Of a stretch of DNA of 64,000 nucleotides, positions 39,682 to 48,102 are shown piece after piece. The position numbers and the translations under genes were made by a program. The stretch's first letter is position 1. Each line of letters opens with the position of its first letter. Source of the stretch: Schmidtea polychroa (taxonomy: Eukaryota); the NCBI GenBank assembly GCA_044892525.1, contig CM097885.1, positions 59,396,001 through 59,460,000 of the forward strand. The letters run 5' to 3'. The notes below the pieces were generated by a model, which was not told the origin of the DNA, made no database searches, and worked only from the letters and a program-made list of their open reading frames with translations.

Positions 39682-40310
39682 CAGAATGGAGTACCGCTTA
39701 TTTTTATTACTTTAATTTGTTTTCCTTGTTTTTGAGTTATTTCTTCCTATTTTCTTTATTTTTATTGTATTTTTATTTATTTTCTTTAATTTCCTTATTA
39801 TTTACTGCATTTTACGTCATTTTCCGTCATTTTATTGTCCTATTTCAATTTTTCGTGTTTTTATATTTTTTGTTTTAATTCTTATTTTCTAATTATTGTT
39901 TTTCTTATTTCCTTTCTACTTTGTTGCGTAGATTTGTTTATTTTATTTTTATTTTTATTTTTAATTTTTGTTTCGTTATGCTTAACCTAATCTCTCAGAT
40001 ACTCTTCGACTCAGCCCAACAAATCACTCGGGGACCCGACAAAATTGCGTCCCGCAATTACATACTTGAGTTACTCTTATTCTCTCAAAAAAATAAGCAC
40101 ATTCATAAAAAGATAACATAGTGATTAACAAAATTATAAACATCAATAAAAATTTTATTAATAAGATATAGGTCAAATCAAGACCAAGCAGGCATCACTT
40201 ATGGTGATGGTTTATATACACAACAAAGTTTTTCACAACATAGTGTTTTTAGTTCAGTTCTGGCATTGTTTGGTCACTCTGGTGGTTCTGGTTGGGGTTT
40301 GCTGCTACAA

Positions 40311-40922
40311 TTACGAACTGGTGTTATGGTAGATTGGGCGATTGGACGATGGTTGAGGAGATTCTTTATGGTTTAGTCTGGGTGAGCTTGTGGTTTGGAT
40401 AACCTTGGTTATTTCGGCTGGGTTTTGTACGGTGGCTCTGGATTTCGAGCTCTGACATTTTTTCTTAACTTCGAGGATTTTTAGGAAGGTTATGAGGCAT
40501 AACAAGATAGTTTCTGCGATCACTACGTAGAGAAGGTAGTGGGTGTCGCTGTTATTTGAGGGTGTTTCTGTTGTCTCGGCCGGATTTTCGAACACTTCTT
40601 GTTGTATTTGTTGTTCCAACTGATCGAAGTGTTGGACTTGTTCGAGTATTTTTCGGTCCATCATTCGGCATATGGGGTGATTTTTGCACAGACTTCTAAC
40701 GTTATTAACATATGACCGAGTTGACTGGATACTGTGGAGGATGTTGGTTTTTATTGTACTGGGGTATTGGCATTGGCAAGGTTCTGGTTTGGCTTTTTGG
40801 TTTCGATTGCGGTGATCTCGTATGCTTGTCAGTTGAGCGTTTAATTGTTGTTTCTCCATCAGGTGATTTATCAATACCATTACCGTTATCACGATTCCAT
40901 ACCGCATTGTACTAATATACAT
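40311..40922 (-). CDS. Small type I membrane protein, 203 aa
   Basis: N-terminal hydrophobic stretch, 4-Cys ectodomain (CQC, CKNHPIC), TM YLLYVVIAETILLCLITFL followed by KKK. Confidence 0.75.
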   Translation of the reverse strand: MYISTMRYGIVITVMVLINHLMEKQQLNAQLTSIRDHRNRNQKAKPEPCQCQYPSTIKTNILHSIQSTRSYVNNVRSLCKNHPICRMMDRKILEQVQHFDQLEQQIQQEVFENPAETTETPSNNSDTHYLLYVVIAETILLCLITFLKILEVKKKCQSSKSRATVQNPAEITKVIQTTSSPRLNHKESPQPSSNRPIYHNTSS

Positions 40923-40961
40923 CTATTATTATTATATTATTTACACTGGCTTTAATTGCTT

Positions 40962-41666
40962 TTAGTTAGATGGTTCTCCTTTGGGATTATTTTCGGCATT
41001 TCTCATCAGGGTAGATTCCGCTTCAATGACCCGGTGTCTTAATTCCGGCATCATCTCTAATTGCCGATCCTTTTCACGGGCTTCCCTTTTTAGGTGTCTT
41101 ATCTCCCTTTTTAGTTTGCTTATTTCTTCTCGTTTCTTGTCGAGATTTCTTCTTAACTCGATTTGTAGGAAGTCTTGTTCGTTCTCTCGTGGAGGGTTTC
41201 GATGTTGTTGTTGTCTCTCGATTTCTTTGTATTTGCGGATCCATTTTTTCATTTTTTCACTTTCTCTTTGTTTTTCTTCCACTTGTTGATTTAATTTATT
41301 TATAGTTGTTTGGCGTTCTTTCGCCTCTGTTTTCCAGTAGTCTTGGATTACTTCTTCTGCTTTGAAGCTTGCCCTTTCTTGCCATAATTCCTCTGCAATC
41401 CTTTCCCAATTTCTTCCTCGTGTTCGTTGTTCCTGCAGCCATTCATTTCTCTCTTCTGCTTCTCTCTTTACTTTTCCTAGCACTTTGCATTCTTTCTTTA
41501 ATACTTTAATCATTTTCCGGTCTTCCATATATTTGTTCACTAATCTCTCGTTTTCTCGTTTCTCTTCTCGTAATTCGCTCTTTAGTATTTGTGTTTCTGC
41601 GACTTCCATTACAATCTCTCCTTCTTCTATTTCACTCATGGGTTCAACTATCTCTTCAATCTTCAT
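40962..41666 (-). CDS. Coiled-coil protein, 234 aa
   Basis: ATG ORF, E/K/R-rich heptads. Confidence 0.8.
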   Translation of the reverse strand: MKIEEIVEPMSEIEEGEIVMEVAETQILKSELREEKRENERLVNKYMEDRKMIKVLKKECKVLGKVKREAEERNEWLQEQRTRGRNWERIAEELWQERASFKAEEVIQDYWKTEAKERQTTINKLNQQVEEKQRESEKMKKWIRKYKEIERQQQHRNPPRENEQDFLQIELRRNLDKKREEISKLKREIRHLKREAREKDRQLEMMPELRHRVIEAESTLMRNAENNPKGEPSN

Positions 41667-41838
41667 ATCTATAATATTTACAATTAATCATGCGCTACAG
41701 TGCGACTTATACTTATACATTTATATCGTTTTTATTTACACAGGGTTACAGTCCCTCAAATACTTTTACTGTACTATTAATTTTTTTTGTTTGGGATATA
41801 GTCCCAATTTTTTTGAATTTTGAATTTTTTATTAGCCC

Positions 41839-42894
41839 TTATACAAAGGTTTCCTCCTGACCCCCGTATCCTTCATCGCTCTCGCCCGCTGCCTGTAGTT
41901 GGATGGCAATAGGGTCATATGGTATGTAATATTGGGGAATTTGAGCTCTTAATTCATTAACTTCGTCTCTTAGAGCTCGAGTGATATTCAGCTCTTCGTC
42001 GAGCAGATAAGTGAGATACCTTGTCTCTTCGTCTTTCGCCTCTACTTGTCTATCTAAGGCCTTGATTTTCTCGTCACCCTTCCATTTTTCAATTTCTATT
42101 TCCAAGTTTTTGATATTTTCGGTATACATTTTCCTCTCATTTTCTAATTTTCTGTTTTTTCCCGCTAGGACCATGTTTCTTTGTTCTAACGATCCTTGTA
42201 GTCCATTAAGGTCTCTTTTCATCTCTTCGACCTGATTTACTAATTCCACAACCCGTCCTGCTTGTTGGGTTATCATCTCTTCCATTGCGGCATTCTCGTG
42301 CTCTCTTATGTCGCATTTTATTGCCAAATGTCGCTCAAACTCCATAGCCTTTGTTTGCCAGGTTTGGCTTCGGGCTGCGACCTTTTTCAACCGTTTCAGT
42401 TCTTCCTTTATTATTAAATTTTCCTCCCATTTACCCTGTTCGCTCTCATATCCGAGTCTCATGGGCAATTCTTTCATCTCTTTTTTCATTTCACTATTTT
42501 GTCTTTTCCATTTTCTCGCTTCTGCTACTAAGTGCATCATTTTCCTTCCTTCTATTTGCCTTTCCGCTTCGCGCTTGGTGTTCTCATCGGTAAGTCTCTT
42601 TCTCGCTTCCTGCACTAGCTGCTTTAAGTAGTGGCTGTGCGCTTCTTGGCGGGTATTTTCTAGTGACGCCCATTTTGATGCTCTTTTGCATGCTTCTGCT
42701 TCCGCTCTTAAGTTGTGTATTAACCATTGGTATTGACTATTCTCATCCTCTCTAGCTCCTTCGATGTGATTTCGGGTGAGATTAGTTAGTTGGAACATTA
42801 CTTTGTTCCATTTTTTGTTATGTTCTCGGGGAATTTGTGTTTTGTTGACATTGGTTGGGGCTATCGCAGTTTCGGTTAGTTTCTCTTGTGTCAT
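41839..42894 (-). CDS. Coiled-coil protein, 351 aa
   Basis: ATG ORF, long heptad stretches, short Tyr/Pro and acidic tail. Confidence 0.85.
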   Translation of the reverse strand: MTQEKLTETAIAPTNVNKTQIPREHNKKWNKVMFQLTNLTRNHIEGAREDENSQYQWLIHNLRAEAEACKRASKWASLENTRQEAHSHYLKQLVQEARKRLTDENTKREAERQIEGRKMMHLVAEARKWKRQNSEMKKEMKELPMRLGYESEQGKWEENLIIKEELKRLKKVAARSQTWQTKAMEFERHLAIKCDIREHENAAMEEMITQQAGRVVELVNQVEEMKRDLNGLQGSLEQRNMVLAGKNRKLENERKMYTENIKNLEIEIEKWKGDEKIKALDRQVEAKDEETRYLTYLLDEELNITRALRDEVNELRAQIPQYYIPYDPIAIQLQAAGESDEGYGGQEETFV

Positions 42895-43088
42895 CTCTAA
42901 ATCATAGACATCGATTAATCTTTTTATTATGAAAAAGGAATTTATTCATTATTTGCTGTTCCTTTGGAAATTTTCGCATCATTTTTGGGTTTACGTATTT
43001 AGGGTTTTTCATACTATTATTATATAATATTTTATTGGTTATATACGCCGATATATACAGATTATTATATACAACATTATTCGATTGG

Positions 43089-44477
43089 TTACTCCGTTCT
43101 ACCCTTCTCCTCTTTCCTCACGGTCATCTTGATATACACCGTGTCATTTCTTGCCATATCTTCTACTTTTTGTTGTAGGATGAACGTAGGTGCTCCTGTT
43201 GCTGATCCTTCTTCTTCCGTAGGTCTCTGGTAACACATTTGGTTTCCAGTTGTCTTGAAGCTTTGTTCGTGGATGCTTCGGTCATTCATTAGTGCAATAT
43301 CGATTTTTGCCTGGAACGGCCACTCTATTATTTCGTCGTATTCCCCTTTACATAACAGAAAGAAAATCGAAAAGTGCGTATCTAATCCGGTTCCGTCCCC
43401 GTTGGGATATATCTTCATTTTCATTTTGTACCCATTCTTCCAAAAATGGAATGCAGGACTTGTTATTCTTGTCTCTTCTCCGGTTTTTGCTTTTCGTATT
43501 CTTTCTTTTACTCCCGTTATTTTCCATATGTAGGGTGCCGTTGGGGTTATCTCATTTAGATTTATTTCCCGTATTTTCTGATGTAGCTCCTTGGCCTGAT
43601 CATTACTGATTTCTATTCGGTTTATTTGCATCTTTATGTTTGCTCGGGCTTCCTCGAACGCTTCCCTTTCTTCTAGTAGTTCTTTGACTAACACTTTCAA
43701 CGATGTTATCTCTATCTCCATTTGTTTTACTTTCCCTTCGCTTTCTTGTAACGCAGTCGACCACATTTCTGCGTGGGTGGAAGCATTTTCTACTAAATGG
43801 TGTGGTAACTCCCCTCGGTGTAATAGTTTCTGACAACCCCATTTACCTAGTACACATGTCATTCTTTTCCTTTCACATTCCCTTAGATGCTGTGCCACCT
43901 TCATTATTTCCCCTTGGTTACATCCGTTTGGGCATTCTCCACTGAACTCTGCACATACTCTCTCCTCTTGGACATTGTGATGTTTGAGGGTGAGATTTTT
44001 CCACGTATCTATTTCTCCACAGTGTTCACATCTTTCCAATCTCTCTTCACACTGCCTTTGATGTTCTTTTTCTTCGCTTGCTCGAATGGTTTTATGGCAC
44101 CTTTCACACTGGCCGATTCTGTACATACATTCTCCCATATGTTGTACTACCTTCCAGATTACTCCTTTCCATTCGCATGGGGCATTTTTGCATCCCAGGT
44201 TGGTGTTTAACATGTCTTTCACTGCGGCTTTATCTTCGTTAGTGTCTTCTAAACTCGATATTCGTGTTTCTTTACACACCGGGCACCACTGTGGTCTATT
44301 TTTTATTGCTTCACTGATACATTCTTTACATACTCTGCATCCACATTGAGTTTGGTGAGGTTCCTTTAACAACTTTTCACATATTCCGCACATAACATGT
44401 TTGTGTATTCTGATCGTTGTAGATTTTCGGACTTGCTCGACAATCTCTCTGAACTCTTCTCTTTGTCGTTTATCCAT
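43089..44477 (-). CDS. Full-length TRAF-family protein (RING, TRAF zinc fingers, coiled coil, MATH)
   Basis: CGIC..CGC..CKEC..CPVC RING; several CxxC..H..C fingers; MATH motifs YIWKI, SPAF, GYKM..IYPNGDG, HFSIFF, EWPF. Confidence 0.93.
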   Translation of the reverse strand: MDKRQREEFREIVEQVRKSTTIRIHKHVMCGICEKLLKEPHQTQCGCRVCKECISEAIKNRPQWCPVCKETRISSLEDTNEDKAAVKDMLNTNLGCKNAPCEWKGVIWKVVQHMGECMYRIGQCERCHKTIRASEEKEHQRQCEERLERCEHCGEIDTWKNLTLKHHNVQEERVCAEFSGECPNGCNQGEIMKVAQHLRECERKRMTCVLGKWGCQKLLHRGELPHHLVENASTHAEMWSTALQESEGKVKQMEIEITSLKVLVKELLEEREAFEEARANIKMQINRIEISNDQAKELHQKIREINLNEITPTAPYIWKITGVKERIRKAKTGEETRITSPAFHFWKNGYKMKMKIYPNGDGTGLDTHFSIFFLLCKGEYDEIIEWPFQAKIDIALMNDRSIHEQSFKTTGNQMCYQRPTEEEGSATGAPTFILQQKVEDMARNDTVYIKMTVRKEEKGRTE

Positions 44478-44561
44478 TCTATAATTATATGTACATATAG
44501 TTCCTATCGATACAGGTTCGATATTTTATTTACAATTATTTACATTTAAGCTAGGTTTGGT

Positions 44562-44921
44562 TTAGGGTTCGGAAGAGTCGGCTTCGTGTCCGCTCTCCTC
44601 TCTATTCATTAGCCATTCCGACCAGTCTTCTATTTCTATCTGTTCTGCTTCCTCCATCATTCGGTCTAGTTCAATTTCCTGTCTACGGCTATATTGGGTT
44701 ATCCTCTCTATCTCTCTTTGCATTTGTTCGATTTTCAACCTCTGGTCTTCAATTATCTTCAAATAACTAAATCCTCTATTCATACTCTCAATTAGGTTTC
44801 TGTGCATCGTTAATCCTTGTTCTTGCAAATTGGACACTAATTGTGCTAATACGGCACATTGTTGCTTCCATAATTCTTCAGTTACTGTATTGTGGTTCAT
44901 TTCGTTATTTCCTTGATCCAT
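44562..44921 (-). CDS. Short coiled-coil protein, 119 aa
   Basis: First ATG at 44921 (track starts at TTG 44945); helical, acidic tail. Confidence 0.65.
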   Translation of the reverse strand: MDQGNNEMNHNTVTEELWKQQCAVLAQLVSNLQEQGLTMHRNLIESMNRGFSYLKIIEDQRLKIEQMQREIERITQYSRRQEIELDRMMEEAEQIEIEDWSEWLMNREESGHEADSSEP

Positions 44922-45081
44922 TCTTAATTTATATACACTTTTCAACTCTTATTTAAATTTAATTTTATTTTATGATTCCCGTTATTGTATAATATTGATA
45001 CCGCGCTTATATAAAGATATAGTACTGTTATATACATAAGATATACTTACTTTTTACAATTATATACAGTCATATTCCTTC

Positions 45082-46806
45082 CTATATACGTGAGTTTGGA
45101 GGGCGCTGAGCGTTCCAGGCCTCCACCCACTGTTCTTGTTTGATATCACTTGGTCGTTTCACTCGATGTTGGAAATTTCTGATTCGGGTCATCTCTAGTT
45201 CTCCGCGATGTCGTTTATCTTTAATTATTTTTATTGTTCCCCCCGTTATGATTAGGAATGCCCCTGTTATTATTATCCCACTGATCCACATCATCTGCTT
45301 CACGCTTATACTCTCTGGTTTTTCCTTGTTTGTTAATGTTACTATTGCTTCTGTACTTTTCTCGTTTCCTCTTTTGCCATTTCCTTTCATCATTTCCCGT
45401 ATTCTTGCTATTTCCTCGTTCATACCCTCCTTTGCCATCTTTTGTATTTTTTCCATCTCTTCCTCCGAAACATAGTTGTCCTGAGCTTCCTCACCGGTTT
45501 TCTTGTGCTTTCCGCCTTCGTCCTTTTCGTCGTGGTTTTTTCTTTTCTTTCCTCTTTTCCCCGGGTATCGTCGGCATTCTCTTTTTGATTCGTTCCTCCA
45601 GATGCAAACCGTGTATTCTTTCGGCGGCTGCTGCTGCGTCACATATTGATGGCATCTCTCACCTGGTCCTAATCTTGAAATACAGACTTTGTGCTCTTTT
45701 CTAGGTTGGAGCTGCGTTATTACTACTTCACCACCTTTTCCTAGGTGTACCTCTTTTCCTTTAACGTTCGTTATTCTCTTCCCGTCCCGATTTCGGTATG
45801 CTTCTTGTATTCTTACTTCTGTTATTGGTTCTGTGTCCTCATTTATCAGTACTAGTTTTTGATACGCTCTAGACATGCATCTTCCTAGTATGCACCTTTC
45901 CTTTAAGTCCCATTCTTCCTTTAAATCCCACTGCTGCTCTTGTGCTTGCTTTTTCTTTTCTTGTTTTAGTTCATCCTCTTTGCTATCTTGATTCTCCGCT
46001 TCTTTGGTTTCTTTTATCGTTCTCGTCCCTCCATGAGCTGTTACTAACTCTATCATGGTGAGCATAATTATCATTAATATCATATTTGTCTCTATTTCTT
46101 TGTTAGTGAAAGGTAGGCATACCTTCTGTTTTCCATTATTCGGTTTTTCCTCCTCTTTGGTCTTGGTTCCCGGGCTGTTTCCCTCTCTTTTCGTATCCAA
46201 ATCCTTGTTTTCCGGTTTATCCTCTTCCGGTTCTCTTTTCCCTTTATCCTCTTTTCGGCCTTTTCCGTCATTGTCATCGTGTTTATCTCCCCCGCTGTCG
46301 TTTAAAATGTCGTCCTCGACATTTATATCGTTCAATAATCTGCGATATGCTGTTAGCACTCTGTTTCTTGCTAATTTTGCTTCGAATTCAAACTCTTTTC
46401 TACCCGTTGCAGCATGTCTCTTTCTATTCCATTCTTTAACTAACTCTCTTAATTGAATACGACGATGTTTTCCAATTCGTTGTTGCTCGTTCTGATTTTG
46501 CGTGAATTTTAGGTCTTCTCTATTTAATATTATTAAAATAATTTTAGGCGTCCCCCCTTTAGTTAGGGTATTCCTTACCATTGCGTTTTCTCCGTTTTCG
46601 TAAAATTCGTTTATATTTATCGCATATTTATTACTTTGTGGTATTCTCCATGTTACTAATAATTTCATTGCTTCTAGATTTTTCCGTATCGTATTCCATT
46701 GAAATTGAGATGTGTTTCTGCATATATTTTCAACTTCTTCTTTTGTCGCATTTTTGCAAATAAATCTGATCATTTCTAAGTTCGGCTGTATGGTTGCCCA
46801 GTCCAT
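45082..46806 (-). CDS. Ankyrin-end / internal signal peptide / FN3-like ectodomain / TM protein
   Basis: Frame is open upstream of the ATG as an ankyrin repeat (LHILHQSGSRLDEKSNEGNSTMDWAT); MILMIIMLTMIELVTA signal-like; VVITQLQPRKEHKVCI FN3-like; TM MMWISGIIITGAFLIITGG. Confidence 0.8.
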   Translation of the reverse strand: MDWATIQPNLEMIRFICKNATKEEVENICRNTSQFQWNTIRKNLEAMKLLVTWRIPQSNKYAININEFYENGENAMVRNTLTKGGTPKIILIILNREDLKFTQNQNEQQRIGKHRRIQLRELVKEWNRKRHAATGRKEFEFEAKLARNRVLTAYRRLLNDINVEDDILNDSGGDKHDDNDGKGRKEDKGKREPEEDKPENKDLDTKREGNSPGTKTKEEEKPNNGKQKVCLPFTNKEIETNMILMIIMLTMIELVTAHGGTRTIKETKEAENQDSKEDELKQEKKKQAQEQQWDLKEEWDLKERCILGRCMSRAYQKLVLINEDTEPITEVRIQEAYRNRDGKRITNVKGKEVHLGKGGEVVITQLQPRKEHKVCISRLGPGERCHQYVTQQQPPKEYTVCIWRNESKRECRRYPGKRGKKRKNHDEKDEGGKHKKTGEEAQDNYVSEEEMEKIQKMAKEGMNEEIARIREMMKGNGKRGNEKSTEAIVTLTNKEKPESISVKQMMWISGIIITGAFLIITGGTIKIIKDKRHRGELEMTRIRNFQHRVKRPSDIKQEQWVEAWNAQRPPNSRI

Positions 46807-46835
46807 TGTGGAGTTCCCTTCGTTTGACTTTTCGT

Positions 46836-47285
46836 CTAGTCTCGATCCTGATTGATGTAGTATGTGGAGTGTTTTGGGTGTATTTTCGTTATAGCTGCAT
46901 ACATCATGGCGGTTTCGCCTTGTTCATTTTTCGTGTTGGTTTCCTCGCCCATCTCCCCAAGGATTCTCATGATCGTTATTGCTCGATTCTCTTTTGCAGC
47001 TAGTATTGCTTGTTGTAGAGGTGTTCTGGAATCCTTTGTTACCATCGTAAATGCTCGAGGCAAGAAGGTTTTGATTTTCCCGATATCTAAACCCGTGGTT
47101 TGATCCCTTGCGTATGTGTGTACGGCTTTTATTATTTTGGACAATATTATTTCGTCTGGCAGCTCTAGCATTTCCTCAAAGAATACTTCTTTTGCTTTGC
47201 GTATTATTGCCTCTTGATTTGGTTTCGATGACGTTGTTTGTGACCGTTTGGTTCGTTGTTGACTTTGGTTCCTTGGATTTCTCAT
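46836..47285 (-). CDS. Ankyrin-repeat segment in a shifted frame
   Basis: TPLQQAI...EMG..TNTKNEQGETAMMYAA; overlaps the 47176 ORF and the upstream in-frame extension of the 45082 ORF. Confidence 0.7.
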   Translation of the reverse strand: MRNPRNQSQQRTKRSQTTSSKPNQEAIIRKAKEVFFEEMLELPDEIILSKIIKAVHTYARDQTTGLDIGKIKTFLPRAFTMVTKDSRTPLQQAILAAKENRAITIMRILGEMGEETNTKNEQGETAMMYAAITKIHPKHSTYYINQDRD

Positions 47286-48084
47286 ACCTTATTTTCGTTT
47301 TCTTTCCGTTTGGATTATTGATTCGTTCCTCTGCTGTAAGTATTTGGATAATATCCAGGTAATTCTCGCGGATGTTATTCATTGTGTCCATCATATATAA
47401 CACACTTACCGTTTCCCAATATTTATTTCGTACTTGGCTAGTAAATTGGAATATTGATTTTTCGAATGTGTCGATTCGCTTTTTTGCTAACTGTTCATCT
47501 TTATGATTTGTGAATTTTATCCCTCGTTCTAGTAATTGATTCGGAATTTCGAATAAATGATGTCCTTTCATAGCTTCTCTCATCAGCGTGTTCTCTCCTT
47601 TGGTAAACGTTTCGTTTATATCTACCATATAATCGTTTCTGATCGGGTTCCTCCATGCAATTAGTATTCCAGCAATTGTTATTAATTTCTCTTTGATTGC
47701 AGTTAGTAACCCGTCGTACATGTTTCCTATCTCCCTATTATCCTCGTACGATAATAGATCTACTAAGGTTATGAAGGCTTCCGCACTTTTCCCTTCGATT
47801 GCATGATGCAGTGCGTTTTTCTGATTGCGATCTTGTGTGGTTATTTTTGATCCAGTTTCAAGTAATGCGATAATAATATCTTTAGCTTTATCCCGATTGG
47901 CTGCTATCATTAGTGGAGTGTAACCTTGGTTGTTTTCTTGATCTGTCGAAATGTTACAGTCGCGAAATGCTTCAATTGTCTCTAGTATTTGTTCATTATT
48001 ACCAACCTTTAAAAGTTTGTGTAGTGGTGTATCTCCGTAGTGATCTGTGATTGTGAATAATATAGGCCATTGACTTTTAACCAC
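47176..48084 (-). CDS. Ankyrin-repeat segment in frame with the polyprotein, after its TGA
   Basis: GDTPLH, GYTPLMIAA, KNALHHAI, GENTLM; track start is GTG and the first ATG is at residue 59. Confidence 0.85.
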   Translation of the reverse strand: MVKSQWPILFTITDHYGDTPLHKLLKVGNNEQILETIEAFRDCNISTDQENNQGYTPLMIAANRDKAKDIIIALLETGSKITTQDRNQKNALHHAIEGKSAEAFITLVDLLSYEDNREIGNMYDGLLTAIKEKLITIAGILIAWRNPIRNDYMVDINETFTKGENTLMREAMKGHHLFEIPNQLLERGIKFTNHKDEQLAKKRIDTFEKSIFQFTSQVRNKYWETVSVLYMMDTMNNIRENYLDIIQILTAEERINNPNGKKTKIRYEKSKEPKSTTNQTVTNNVIETKSRGNNTQSKRSIL

Positions 48085-48102
48085 TCTGAGTAATGGGTGT
48101 GT

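Larger units (their letters stand above)
36204..40021 (-). repeat. 3' LTR (left copy); right boundary tentative
   Basis: Starts TGTTGG at 36204 and matches 61017 onward through 39187 (window limit). End at 40021 is inferred only from CCAACA, the 6-bp inverted terminus; no clean PPT abuts it. Confidence 0.7.

Noticed and set aside
40022-40090. Polypurine tract at the 3' LTR
   Set aside because: Nearest purine run (GAGAGAATAAGAG on minus, 40086-74) does not abut the CCAACA end; alternative CA ends at 40041 or 40062 cannot be excluded.
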